Assembly: GCA_034715975.1 (NCBI GenBank)
Contig: JAYEFP010000111.1
Location: 1-32,765, forward strand
Origin: Candidatus Bipolaricaulota bacterium
Lineage (GTDB): Bacteria > Bipolaricaulota > Bipolaricaulia > UBA7950 > UBA9294
Length of the DNA: 32,765 bases
Direction of reading: 5' to 3'
Below, piece by piece: positions 1 to 9,380 of this stretch. Position numbers and translations under genes: made by a program. Positions within the stretch are counted from its first letter, which is position 1; each line of letters opens with the position of its first letter. The notes under the pieces were generated by a model that saw only the letters and a program-made list of their open reading frames with translations, was not told the origin of the DNA and made no database searches.

Positions 1-1
1 T

Positions 2-262
2 TCTCCGATCATTGTGCAGGCATCATTCACGTTTGCTTTCTGCATAATCGCCGTAGCCTCGCTGGACTTCCTCGGGGTAGGCGTCCCTCCGTATATTCCA
101 AGTTGGGGCGGAATTGTTAGCGAAGGTCGGACATACCTAACGCGTGCTCCATGGATTATGACCTTTCCCGGAATAGCAATCGTCCTAACGACACTCTCGC
201 TCAACCTTGTCGGAGATGCACTGCGTGACGCACTCGACCCGCGGCTGCGGAGGCTCTTGTAG
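2..262 (+). CDS. Peptide/nickel ABC transporter permease (DppC/OppC-like), C-terminal part, truncated by window start
   Basis: Frame open from base 2 (SPIIVQ...). Has FLGVG-PP-SWG, APW...PG and NLVGDALRDALDPR motifs. Visibly paralogous to 4017-4916. Confidence 0.9.
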   Translation, partial: SPIIVQASFTFAFCIIAVASLDFLGVGVPPYIPSWGGIVSEGRTYLTRAPWIMTFPGIAIVLTTLSLNLVGDALRDALDPRLRRLL

Positions 263-409
263 CAGATCGTCTTGACCAGATAGAACCAGCTTTTCTTAAT
301 TGCACAAAGTCGGAAATGCTGACTAAAGAGTAGATCATTGGTAGTCACGGAAAAGCGGATCTGTCGAGAGGGAGGCTCTTTCCTAACGAGGTGTCTTGTG
401 CCCGGCGGG

Positions 410-438
410 TTGCCAACCGACACTCGTAATGCTATCAT
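410..438 (+). promoter_or_regulatory. Putative sigma70 promoter of the GntR/FadR gene
   Basis: TTGCCA (410-415), 17-nt spacer, TG-n-TATCAT extended -10 (430-438). Confidence 0.6.
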
Positions 439-481
439 ACAGCTTGACAAGATGACAGATCAAGCGAAGAGAAAAAGCTCG

Positions 482-1189
482 ATGGCCTTTGAGAAGGTGC
501 GGCCGCGCAAGGTCTCTGCGATCGCGGCGCAGCAGCTCATTTCCGCGATCAAGGACGGGATGTTCCCTGTGGGGAGCAAGCTTCCCTCCGAATCCGAGCT
601 TGGTGAACAGATGGGGGTCAGTCGCCCTTCGATCAGGGAGGCGCTCTCTGCGTTGCAGGCCGTTGGGTTGATCGCTTCTCGGCCCGGAAGCGGAAATTAC
701 GTTCTCAAGGTCCCTTCCTTAGATGAGGAACAGGACGCACCACACCTCATTGAGAACGAGGCTGGGTGCCTGGAAGTGATGGAGGCAAGATCTATCCTCG
801 AACCGCCGGTGGCGGCGTACGTCGCGCGTGAGTACTCATCCACAGAGATAGGGGCTCTCAGGGATACCCTTGTTAAGATGCGAGACGAAGCGCAAAGGGG
901 AGACTTTGCCCCGTACTTTGAGGCCGACAAGGCGTTTCACCGTGGCTTGGTGGACGCTGCACACAACCACCTGATTGCCGAGGCAATTATTCCACTGGTC
1001 GACACGATGGACCAGAAGCTGTATCGGGAGTTTACGCGCCACTACTACTTGAAGAATGTAGCTGATCTGGAGCAGGTCGTTGATGTTCACTGCGCAATCC
1101 TCGATGCCATTGTTGAAGGGAACCCGGAATTAGCGGCGGAGAAGGTGGATGAGCACTGGCGTAGGATGATGGAGATTTGGGAGGCATGA
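482..1189 (+). CDS. FadR-subfamily GntR transcriptional regulator (wHTH + FCD domain)
   Basis: GSKLPSESELGEQMGVSRPSIREAL wHTH and an FCD domain (EARSILE, ADKAFH, AHNHLI, H..I.DAI). Start moved from 338 to ATG 482 (452 also possible) because a promoter lies at 410-438. Confidence 0.92.
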   Translation: MAFEKVRPRKVSAIAAQQLISAIKDGMFPVGSKLPSESELGEQMGVSRPSIREALSALQAVGLIASRPGSGNYVLKVPSLDEEQDAPHLIENEAGCLEVMEARSILEPPVAAYVAREYSSTEIGALRDTLVKMRDEAQRGDFAPYFEADKAFHRGLVDAAHNHLIAEAIIPLVDTMDQKLYREFTRHYYLKNVADLEQVVDVHCAILDAIVEGNPELAAEKVDEHWRRMMEIWEA

Positions 1190-1193
1190 TTTC

Positions 1194-1253
1194 TATACTG
1201 TAATACAAGAGATGACTTTGCGTTACCTTACATAGCGGAGGTGAGACAAGAGA
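1194..1253 (+). promoter_or_regulatory. Putative -10 box with overlapping FadR-type operator upstream of the first dppA
   Basis: TATACT (1194-1199) overlaps the palindrome TGTAATACA (1199-1207). ACAAGAGA occurs twice in this leader. No clear -35. Confidence 0.45.
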
Positions 1254-1298
1254 AACTAGCAAAAATGGGCGCAAAGCACACAAAAAAAGGAGGCACTC

Positions 1299-2900
1299 AT
1301 GAATCGCAGATTGACCGTACGTAGTATTCTCGTAATCTCGTTCCTATTGATCGTTGGAAGCAGTTTGGTCTTGCTCGCTGGCGAAGGCCCACAGTATGGC
1401 GGAACGCTTCGTTGCGCCCTAGCCTCGGAGCCGGGAAAGCTCGACATGCAAATGGACACTGGTGTTGCGGCAAGCATACCGGCGCGGCACATCTTGGAGG
1501 GGCTGTTTGCGTTTGATGGTTCGTATACGCCACAGCCTATGCTGGCTCTCAGTTGGGAACTGGATGAATCAGGGACCGTTGCGATATTCAATCTGAGACG
1601 AGGGGTCCTGTTCCACAATGGCAAAGAGATGAAGGCGGAAGACGTTGTTGCCTCTCTTACCAGGTGGGGCGAGTATGGACTAACGTCGAAGGCGCTGTGG
1701 TCACACATTATCGATGTTGTTGCCCCCGATGAGTACACGGTGCAGCTAACCTTGGATGAGCCGTTCGCTCCCATGACGACATACCTTGGGAACATCTACG
1801 GCGGGCCAAGCATCTATCCGAAGGAGATCATCGAGAACGCCGGCGATCAGCCGCTTGCTCCCGAGAATGTCATCGGTACCGGGCCATACAAGTTCGCTGA
1901 ATGGAAGGCGGGAGACTACATTTTGCTTGAACGTTTCGCTGGTTATTCCAGCTCTCCAGCTGTGGCGAGCGGTTTTGCTGGGGAGAAGGTCGCCTACTTT
2001 GACAAGCTGCAGTTCTTCTTCGTTTCTGAAGACAATGCGCGGCTTATTGGGATCCAGTCCGGGACGTATGACTATGTGGCCAACATCCCCAACGACCTGT
2101 ATGCAAACGTGAAAGGGGACGCGAACATCGTTCCGATTATCACCGATCACCCTCCGATCTACCCGATCGCGCTGATCAACAACAGGAACAGCCTGATTGC
2201 GGACAACTACAAGCTGAAGCAGGCGATCATCACTGCTCTCGACTTCAACGCCATCATGCTCGCCGGATATGGGGATACTACCTTCTGGAGCCTGAATGCA
2301 AGCTACTTTGCCCCGGGAATCAGATGGTATACGGAAGACGCGAGTGCCGGGCTGTACAACGCCAACGACCCTGCCAAAGCCTGGCAGATGGCGCTCGATG
2401 CCGGCTACAACAACGAACCGATAAGGATCATTGTTGCGCAGGACATGACCTCCCAGTACAACCAAGCGCTTGTTATGACTGACGAGCTGAAGAACGCCGG
2501 ATTCACCGTCGACCTACAGGTCTACGACAAGGCGACCTTCTTCTCCGTGCGTAACAGCAAGAGTGATCCGGACAATCCGCCTTGGGAGATTGCATTCTCC
2601 TTCTACAGCACGACTCCGGACCCGTCGCTCGTGTTGATGCTTAATCCGAGCTACGCGGGTTGGTGGGACACACCCGAGATCCAGACGCTGCGTGGTGAGC
2701 TCAACAAGATCACCGATTTTGATGCACGCTACGCGAAGTGGGAGCAGATCATGGATCTGTGGTACCAGCAGATCCCGGCGATCAAGTTTGGAGATGCGTA
2801 TCAGCTCCATATGATCCGCACCGAGATTGGTGGCGGATACGGCACAGAGGCCAACCCGCCCATGCTGTCGCCCTACTTCTGGAATTCGTGGAAGAAGTAG
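1299..2900 (+). CDS. ABC transporter substrate-binding protein, family 5 (DppA/OppA-like)
   Basis: Signal peptide, PQYGGTL, LRRGVLFHNGKEMKAEDV, IGTGPYKF. RBS AAGGAGG. Confidence 0.93.
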   Translation: MNRRLTVRSILVISFLLIVGSSLVLLAGEGPQYGGTLRCALASEPGKLDMQMDTGVAASIPARHILEGLFAFDGSYTPQPMLALSWELDESGTVAIFNLRRGVLFHNGKEMKAEDVVASLTRWGEYGLTSKALWSHIIDVVAPDEYTVQLTLDEPFAPMTTYLGNIYGGPSIYPKEIIENAGDQPLAPENVIGTGPYKFAEWKAGDYILLERFAGYSSSPAVASGFAGEKVAYFDKLQFFFVSEDNARLIGIQSGTYDYVANIPNDLYANVKGDANIVPIITDHPPIYPIALINNRNSLIADNYKLKQAIITALDFNAIMLAGYGDTTFWSLNASYFAPGIRWYTEDASAGLYNANDPAKAWQMALDAGYNNEPIRIIVAQDMTSQYNQALVMTDELKNAGFTVDLQVYDKATFFSVRNSKSDPDNPPWEIAFSFYSTTPDPSLVLMLNPSYAGWWDTPEIQTLRGELNKITDFDARYAKWEQIMDLWYQQIPAIKFGDAYQLHMIRTEIGGGYGTEANPPMLSPYFWNSWKK

Positions 2901-2920
2901 CCGGAAATACAAATACGTGT

Positions 2921-2948
2921 CTCCTCGGCTGCCTACGCGGCCGGGGAG
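2921..2948 (+). other. GC-rich intergenic stem-loop after the SBP gene (mRNA stabiliser or partial terminator)
   Basis: CTCCTCGGCTGC-CTAC-GCGGCCGGGGAG, with no strong U-tract. Confidence 0.6.
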
Positions 2949-3053
2949 GCTGTTTAGTTAGTGATACAATAATATTAGGTAAAGCCTCATGTGAGGGCAT
3001 GTCAGCGTGAACGCGGAGTCATGTGGTAGTCAGTATGGAGGGCGAACAATAGA

Positions 3054-4001
3054 ATGTTAGCATTCGTTATCCGGCGTGGTTTAGGCATGCTGATAAGCAT
3101 TCTGTTAGTGATTGCCATCACGTTCATTCTGATGCAGCTCATTCCTGGAGACCCGGCGGCAGTCATGCTGGGATCGAACGCTACCCCAGAGCAGATCGAG
3201 CAGCTTCGCGTGAGCTGGGGGCTCGATCAGCCGATGTTGGTCCAGTTCTATCGCTACTTCGTCAACTTTCTGCATGGGAACCTGGGACAGTCCTTGTTCT
3301 ATCAACGGCCGGTGTTGCAGATAATAGGCCAGCGCGCTGAGACGAGCATGTTCTTGGGAATAATAGCGTTGCTCGTGGTCGTTGGTGTGGGCATCCCCGC
3401 GGGCGTGATATCTTCCCTCAAGCAGAATAGTTTGACGGATAACGCGTTACTCCTTGTCGCACTTGCCGGTGCATCGATTCCGAGCTTCTGGTTGGGACTA
3501 ATGCTGATGGTTCTCGTGGCAGGAAAGTGGCATTTCCTTCCGAGTTCCGGGTTTACGTCTGTACTGCAGACCGGGAATCTGGCCAACCTGAAGAATCTCA
3601 TCCTTCCCGCACTATCGCTTGGGTTTGTGAACGCTGCTCTCGTGGCGCGCACTGCCCGTTCGAGTATGCTCGACGTACTGCGTGCTGACTATATCACCAC
3701 CGCTAAGGCCAAGGGCCTTGCCGAACGTGTGGTCATTATCAAGCACGCCCTGCGCAACGCCTCCATCCCGATCATTACGGTGATCTCATTTACATTTGCG
3801 TCGTTGGTCTCCGGCGCGGTTGTAACAGAGAATGTGTTTGCTCTACCGGGTGTGGGGAGCCTGATTGTGCAGTCGGTGTTGAAGCGTGATTATCCCGTCA
3901 TTCAGGGGATCATGATGGTTGTAGCTGTCCTGTATGTATTGATTAATTTTGCAACGGACCTGACGTACGCCTCACTCGATCCGCGTATCCGCTATCACTA
4001 G
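3054..4001 (+). CDS. ABC transporter permease (DppB/OppB-like)
   Basis: PGDPA, GLDQP, EAA-loop region DYITTAKAKGL, VVTENVFALPGVG, RDYPVIQG, LDPRIR. Confidence 0.93.
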   Translation: MLAFVIRRGLGMLISILLVIAITFILMQLIPGDPAAVMLGSNATPEQIEQLRVSWGLDQPMLVQFYRYFVNFLHGNLGQSLFYQRPVLQIIGQRAETSMFLGIIALLVVVGVGIPAGVISSLKQNSLTDNALLLVALAGASIPSFWLGLMLMVLVAGKWHFLPSSGFTSVLQTGNLANLKNLILPALSLGFVNAALVARTARSSMLDVLRADYITTAKAKGLAERVVIIKHALRNASIPIITVISFTFASLVSGAVVTENVFALPGVGSLIVQSVLKRDYPVIQGIMMVVAVLYVLINFATDLTYASLDPRIRYH

Positions 4002-4016
4002 AGGAAAGGAGAAGAC

Positions 4017-4916
4017 TTGCCGACCACTGACCGCAGTTTAGAAGCGCTGATGAACAAGCCGTCCATCGCCAGGAGGATGCTTGGCGACACGCTCAAGTTC
4101 ATCACCAAGCGCAAGACGACGCTCTCAGCGGTGTTGATCCTTGTTGCGTTGCTGTTCATCGCTGCGTTTGGGCCGCTCATCGCGCCCTACGGCGCGAACA
4201 CGCTGAACCTCTCGGATCGACTGCAGGGGCCGAATTCCACTCACCTGTTGGGGACGGACAACTTTGGCCGCGATGTCCTCAGTCGTGCACTCTCCGGAAC
4301 CCGGGTCACGCTTCTACTGGGGCTGTCGATATCGGGGTTCGCTCTCATTCTTGGGTTGCCGATCGGCATGTTGTGCGGCTTCTACGACCGTTTTGGCATG
4401 GTCGTGATGCGCGTAGTCGACGCGATGATGGCCTTCCCCGCTATTATTCTCGCCCTGGCGTTAATGGCCATCTTCGGTAAGCCAGGGATCCTCAATGTGA
4501 TCATCGCCGTTGGTATCGTGTGGGCACCGCGGATGGTGCGTGTCGTCTACAGTTCCACACTCTCGTTGCGGGAGAACACGTACGTAGAGGCGGCGCGTGC
4601 GCTGGGAATGCAATCGTTCCGCATTCTTGTGCGTCACATCGCAATCAACCTTCTTTCACCGGTTATCGTGCAGGCGACGTTCACCTTTGCCTTCTCCATC
4701 ATGGAGGTGGCTGCACTCAACTTCCTCGGTGTGGGTATCCCCCCATACATCGCCAGTTGGGGAGGGATGATGAATGAGGGGCGCACCTATATCATCCGTG
4801 CGCCGTGGATCATTCTCTTCCCGGGAGTCTTCTTGGCGACAGCCGTGTTGTCGTTCAATCTATTGGGGGATGCCCTGCGAGACCGGCTGGATCCGAAACT
4901 ACGGAGGATTATGTAA
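4017..4916 (+). CDS. ABC transporter permease (DppC/OppC-like)
   Basis: HLLGTDNFGRD, YVEAARALG, GDALRD.LDP. TTG start after AAAGGAG. Confidence 0.93.
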   Translation: MPTTDRSLEALMNKPSIARRMLGDTLKFITKRKTTLSAVLILVALLFIAAFGPLIAPYGANTLNLSDRLQGPNSTHLLGTDNFGRDVLSRALSGTRVTLLLGLSISGFALILGLPIGMLCGFYDRFGMVVMRVVDAMMAFPAIILALALMAIFGKPGILNVIIAVGIVWAPRMVRVVYSSTLSLRENTYVEAARALGMQSFRILVRHIAINLLSPVIVQATFTFAFSIMEVAALNFLGVGIPPYIASWGGMMNEGRTYIIRAPWIILFPGVFLATAVLSFNLLGDALRDRLDPKLRRIM

Positions 4917-6073
4917 TGATCGTCATTGATGATGCAGTTTATCGTGAAACTATCGCCATACTGGAGAAGCTTGTTGCCATACGCAGCGTCAATCCGCCCG
5001 GCGGTGAAGATGAGATCGCACAGGTGGTCAAGAACTTGCTTTCCAAGAACGGGATCGACTCTACGAGTGTCCCCCTTGCGAAGGGACGAAGCTCTCTTGT
5101 TGCTCGTATCCCCGGCCGCGAGAGCGGATCGGTCGTCCTCTGTGGACACCTGGATACCGTGAACGCTGACGAGGAGAAATGGACGCGCCCTCCATTTGAA
5201 CCGCGAATAGAAGGCGATCGCATGTGGGGATTGGGATCGGCGGACATGAAGAGCGGCGTGGCGACGATCATCGAGATGGCTCTGCTTCTCACCCGTGGCG
5301 ACATGAGACCGAAGAAAGACACTGTCTTTGTGTTTACCGCCGATGAGGAATACGCGTACACGGGTGCTGCATCTGTAGCCAAATCAGGATTGATCGATGA
5401 CGCACAGTTCCTGTTGATCACCGAACCGACCGCAGGGAAGGCCTACTGCGGCCAGAAGGGCGAGCTGTGGGTGGAGGCAAAGTTCACCGGAAGAGCAGCG
5501 CACGGATCGATCCCCGCATCGGGGATCAGCGCGGTTCTTCCGGCGGCGCGTTTCTGCTTGGCCCTTAACCAGCAAGCGAAGGGCTTTGCGGAGTACCCGG
5601 GGCGGGGATGCACGTCGCTTAACATCGGCCAGTTTGACGGCGGCTGGCAAGTGAACATTGTTCCCGACACCGCACGGGTCAAACTCGACATACGTACCGT
5701 TTCGGTGGATGACAAGAAAATGGTCCTAGAACTGATCGAGAAACTGGGCCGCGACGAGGCCGCAAAAGAGGGAGCGCGGTTCGCGATGAATGTGTTTTCC
5801 GACAAGGACCCGATCGTCAGTAATGCCGATAACCAGTACGTCCAGGCTCTCCTGTCCGCTGCGGCGGGAAATGGCAGGTTACAGAAGGTAGAGATCGCCC
5901 CCTATTCGACCGACGCGGTGGAGATTGTCCCTCGCCTTGGCGTACCAGTTGTGATCTACGGGCCGGGAGACATCGTGCAGGCACATCAACCGGACGAATT
6001 CCTCGATCTTTCGTCCCTCAGGGAAGCGCTTGATGTGATAGCGTCGTTTATGAACGGAGCACTGGAGATATGA
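4916..6073 (+). CDS. M20 family metallohydrolase, ArgE/DapE-like deacylase or carbamoylase
   Basis: Metal ligand motifs GHLDTV, GSADMKSG, ADEE, EPT, AHQPDE. Start placed at the TAATG overlap with the dppC stop. Confidence 0.9.
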   Translation: MIVIDDAVYRETIAILEKLVAIRSVNPPGGEDEIAQVVKNLLSKNGIDSTSVPLAKGRSSLVARIPGRESGSVVLCGHLDTVNADEEKWTRPPFEPRIEGDRMWGLGSADMKSGVATIIEMALLLTRGDMRPKKDTVFVFTADEEYAYTGAASVAKSGLIDDAQFLLITEPTAGKAYCGQKGELWVEAKFTGRAAHGSIPASGISAVLPAARFCLALNQQAKGFAEYPGRGCTSLNIGQFDGGWQVNIVPDTARVKLDIRTVSVDDKKMVLELIEKLGRDEAAKEGARFAMNVFSDKDPIVSNADNQYVQALLSAAAGNGRLQKVEIAPYSTDAVEIVPRLGVPVVIYGPGDIVQAHQPDEFLDLSSLREALDVIASFMNGALEI

Positions 6074-6161
6074 ACCTCAAGCAAGATGGGGAAGATGGTC
6101 GAGGAACGATCATCGTGGAACAGAACCAGCAAAATATACAACACTAAAGAAAGGTGATACA

Positions 6162-7115
6162 ATGAGCAACGAAAAGAAAGTCACGGTTATCGCACTGGGT
6201 GGCAACGCCATCCTGCAACCCGGGCAGCGGGGGACATTCGCTGAGCAGATGAAGAACGTCGAGACCACGTGTCATCAGCTGGCGCAGATGGTCGAGTCAG
6301 GGAAGTACAAGATCATCATCACACACGGGAATGGTCCGCAGGTAGGGAACCTCCTGTTGCAGAACGAGACGGCGAAAGACGTCACCGCTCCAATGCCCCT
6401 TTACGTGTGTGGAGCCGAGAGTCAGGGACTGATCGGGTACATGATGCAGCAGACGCTGCACAACTTGCTCGTCGATAAGGACAAGGGAGGAATCCCGATT
6501 GCCACTGTCGTAACGCAAGTCATAGTCGATAAGCAAGACCAGGCCTTCCAGAACCCGACAAAGCCGGTTGGCCCATTCTACTCCGAGGAAGAGGCGAAGA
6601 AGCTGGAGTCGGAGAAGGGATATCACATAAAGGAAGATGCTGGCCGCGGTTGGCGACGCGTTGTTCCATCCCCAGATCCGATTGAGATCTTCGAGAAGGA
6701 AGCCGTGCGCCAGCTCGTCGAGGCTCGCTCGATCGTCATCGCTTCCGGTGGTGGAGGGATTCCGGTCCTCAAGGAAGGAGAGAAGCTAGTTGGTGTCGAT
6801 GCGGTCATCGATAAAGATCTCGCCGGTGAGCAGCTTGCAGTCGATGTTGAGGCGAAGATCTTCCTCATCCTCACGGATGTGGATCAGGTGAAGCTGAACT
6901 ACAAGACACCGGAGGAGAAGGGCCTCTCGCAGATCACCGTCGAAGAAGCGAAGCGGTACCACACAGAGGGTCACTTTGCTAAGGGATCAATGGAGCCGAA
7001 GGTACGGGCGGCAATCAGATTCATTGAGGCCGGCGGAGAGAGGGCGATCATTACGTCGCTTGATAAAGCGGTTGCCGCACTTGAAGGTAAAGCAGGAACA
7101 ACGATAACAAACTAG
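6162..7115 (+). CDS. arcC: Carbamate kinase
   Basis: ALGGNA, THGNGPQVG, PTKPVGPFY, RRVVPSP, GGGGIPV, AVIDKD, GSMEPKV. Confidence 0.96.
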   Translation: MSNEKKVTVIALGGNAILQPGQRGTFAEQMKNVETTCHQLAQMVESGKYKIIITHGNGPQVGNLLLQNETAKDVTAPMPLYVCGAESQGLIGYMMQQTLHNLLVDKDKGGIPIATVVTQVIVDKQDQAFQNPTKPVGPFYSEEEAKKLESEKGYHIKEDAGRGWRRVVPSPDPIEIFEKEAVRQLVEARSIVIASGGGGIPVLKEGEKLVGVDAVIDKDLAGEQLAVDVEAKIFLILTDVDQVKLNYKTPEEKGLSQITVEEAKRYHTEGHFAKGSMEPKVRAAIRFIEAGGERAIITSLDKAVAALEGKAGTTITN

Positions 7116-7121
7116 GCGATG

Positions 7122-7194
7122 GGTGAATAGTAAATGGTGAATGGTAAATGCAGACCGCAGACCCAACGAACCCTATGAACCCAACGAACCCAAT
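7122..7194 (+). repeat. Composite short tandem repeats (7-mers then 9-mers) between arcC and transcarbamylase 1
   Basis: RGTRAAT x4, GCAGACC x2, then ACCCAACGA / ACCCTATGA / ACCCAACGA / ACCCAAT. Confidence 0.8.
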
Positions 7195-7207
7195 TTAGGA
7201 GGTTCAG

Positions 7208-8245
7208 ATGTCCAACACAAGTTTACGAGGAAGGGATTTCCTCACCTGGTTAGATTTTTCGCGCGATGAGATCGAGATGATGCTTGATACGGCACACGAG
7301 TTGAAGCGCAAACAGATTCGCAGGGAGCTGCACCACATCCTGCCGGATCGTACGCTCCACATGCTGTTCTACAACTCCAGCCTGCGCACGCGCAATTCGT
7401 TCGAGGCGGGGATGACGCAGCTCGGCGGACACGCTCACTTCCTGCAGCCAGGAGCGGTGTATACGCCGGCACTCAAGGGAGAGGAGAAAGCGTACTCTAC
7501 CGAGCGCATATCCGATGTAGCGCGTGTCCTCGCTGAGATGGGGGACGCCATCGCTATCCGGATTTACGGCAAGCACACTGGATGGAAGTACGGCAAGGGG
7601 AACCTGATCGTGCGCGAGTTCGCCAAGTGGGCGCGCGTTCCCGTGATCAACATGGAGGATGACATGTACCATCCCTGTCAAGCATTGGCCGATGTGATGA
7701 CGATGCAGGAGAAACTGGGGCATAACCTGCAGGGAAAGAAATTCGTCATGAGCTGGGCCTATTCGGGGTCAGTGGAGAAGCCGCTCTCTGTCCCGCAGAG
7801 CGCGATCATCTCCGCGGCGATGATGGGAATGGACGTAACGCTTGCCCATCCCAAGGGACTCGATCTCGATCCGAACGTGCTTAACGCGACCAACAACCTG
7901 GCCAAGAAGCACGGCGGCGCGTTCAAGATCGTCAACGACATGGACGAGGCGTTCAAGGGCGCGGACGTTGTTTACCCGAAGGCGTGGACCGTCCAGCCGA
8001 CTGACGGCTCGGGAGTGATGGATCCGGAGAAGGCGAAGGCAATATTCGAGGCGAACAAGAACTGGATCACGACGCAGGAGAAGATGAATCTGACGGACGA
8101 TGCCTACTACATGCATTGTCTCCCTGCTGACCGCGATATGGAGGTCACGGATGATGTCATCGACGGGCCGAATTCGATCATCATCGAGGAAGCGGCGAAC
8201 CGTCTGCACGGACAAAAAGGGATGATGGCCACAATCATGGCCTAG
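7208..8245 (+). CDS. Knotted-type transcarbamylase 1 (YgeW / N-acylornithine carbamoyltransferase-like), substrate unknown
   Basis: SSLRTR, HPCQ and HCLPADR carbamoyl-phosphate motifs. WAYSGSVEKPLSVPQ and VYPKAW resemble YgeW. The OTCase DxxxSMG motif is absent. Confidence 0.88.
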   Translation: MSNTSLRGRDFLTWLDFSRDEIEMMLDTAHELKRKQIRRELHHILPDRTLHMLFYNSSLRTRNSFEAGMTQLGGHAHFLQPGAVYTPALKGEEKAYSTERISDVARVLAEMGDAIAIRIYGKHTGWKYGKGNLIVREFAKWARVPVINMEDDMYHPCQALADVMTMQEKLGHNLQGKKFVMSWAYSGSVEKPLSVPQSAIISAAMMGMDVTLAHPKGLDLDPNVLNATNNLAKKHGGAFKIVNDMDEAFKGADVVYPKAWTVQPTDGSGVMDPEKAKAIFEANKNWITTQEKMNLTDDAYYMHCLPADRDMEVTDDVIDGPNSIIIEEAANRLHGQKGMMATIMA

Positions 8246-8270
8246 TCGTTCTCTGACGAAGGAGGATTAT

Positions 8271-9296
8271 ATGAGTTGGTTTGACCTGAAAGGGCGCAGT
8301 TTAGTTGGAGAGCTCGATTGGACGCGCGAAGAGTACGATCTGGCGATGAAGCTTACCGACCAGATGAAAGGCCTATACTATAGCCGCAGCCCGCATCCGT
8401 ACCTAGAGTACAAGACGTTTGCGATGATGTTCTTCTCTGGATCGACACGGACGCGCATGTCGTTTGAGACCGCGATGACGCAGCTTGGTGGACATTCACA
8501 ATTCCTTAACCCGAGCACGATGCGCCTGTCTCTCGAAGACAAGCCTGGCGCCGGCGAGACGGTGAAGGACACGGCCAAGGCGATGTCCCGCTTCTGTGAT
8601 GGCATCGGTATCCGTCTTCTCGACGACCAGATCAAGTACTACGGTCACGGTAACGAGGTCTTGCGCAAGTTTGAAGAACAAGCCGATGTGCCGATCATCA
8701 ACATGGCGTCGGACATCAACCACCCGTGCCAGTCGCTGACCGACATCTACACGATGCACGAGAAACTGCAAGGTGATGTGAAGGGAAAGAAGATCGTTAT
8801 CACCTGGGCATACACGCCGTGGATTCGCGGCCGCTGCTCGGTGCAGGGGACAGCCCTCATCTCGTCGTTGTACGGGATGGATGTTGTCGTTGCTAACCCT
8901 CCCGAGTTTGACCTTGATCCAAACGTGATGCAGCAGTGCCGCGACGAGGCGAGCAAGTCCGGAGGGACGTTTGAGATCGTGCACGACATGGACAAAGCCC
9001 TCGAAGGTGCGACAGTCGTCTTCCCTCGCAACTGGTTCACCGGACAGCGCTACGACATCGGCAAGGAAGAGGAGCTGAAGCTTGCACAGAAGTATCAGGA
9101 CTGGTGTTACACTGCCGATAGGCAGAAGAAGCTCACCAACCCTGGTCACCTGCTGCAGTGCATGCCGATCGACCGTGGGAACGAGGCCGACCCCGAAGTG
9201 TGCGACAACGACCTGTCCTGGATCTACGATCAGGCAGAGAACCGCTTGCACACCCAGAAGGCGATCCTTACACTCACCATGGGAGGCAGGCTCTAG
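8271..9296 (+). CDS. Knotted-type transcarbamylase 2, divergent, substrate unknown
   Basis: GSTRTR, HPCQ, QAENRLH. Has TWAYTPWIRGRCSV, VFPRNW and QCMP in place of HCLP. No SMG motif. Confidence 0.85.
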   Translation: MSWFDLKGRSLVGELDWTREEYDLAMKLTDQMKGLYYSRSPHPYLEYKTFAMMFFSGSTRTRMSFETAMTQLGGHSQFLNPSTMRLSLEDKPGAGETVKDTAKAMSRFCDGIGIRLLDDQIKYYGHGNEVLRKFEEQADVPIINMASDINHPCQSLTDIYTMHEKLQGDVKGKKIVITWAYTPWIRGRCSVQGTALISSLYGMDVVVANPPEFDLDPNVMQQCRDEASKSGGTFEIVHDMDKALEGATVVFPRNWFTGQRYDIGKEEELKLAQKYQDWCYTADRQKKLTNPGHLLQCMPIDRGNEADPEVCDNDLSWIYDQAENRLHTQKAILTLTMGGRL

Positions 9297-9324
9297 GGGT
9301 ATAACCCTGATATTTCAGATAAGA

Positions 9325-9359
9325 TGGGGGCAGCCTCCGTTTCAGGTGTGCTGCCCCCA
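9325..9359 (+). other. Intergenic stem-loop between transcarbamylase 2 and the Mo subunit
   Basis: TGGGGGCAGC (9325-9334) pairs perfectly with GCTGCCCCCA (9350-9359). Confidence 0.6.
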
Positions 9360-9380
9360 ATTCATAGGGAGAGGAGAACG

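Noticed and set aside
4916-6073. Assigning argE, dapE or ygeY to the M20 protein
   Set aside because: The motifs establish the family only, not the substrate.
6162-9296. Arginine deiminase (arcABC) or agmatine deiminase operon
   Set aside because: No deiminase or ArcD/AguD antiporter in the window, and neither transcarbamylase has the OTCase/PTCase SMG loop.
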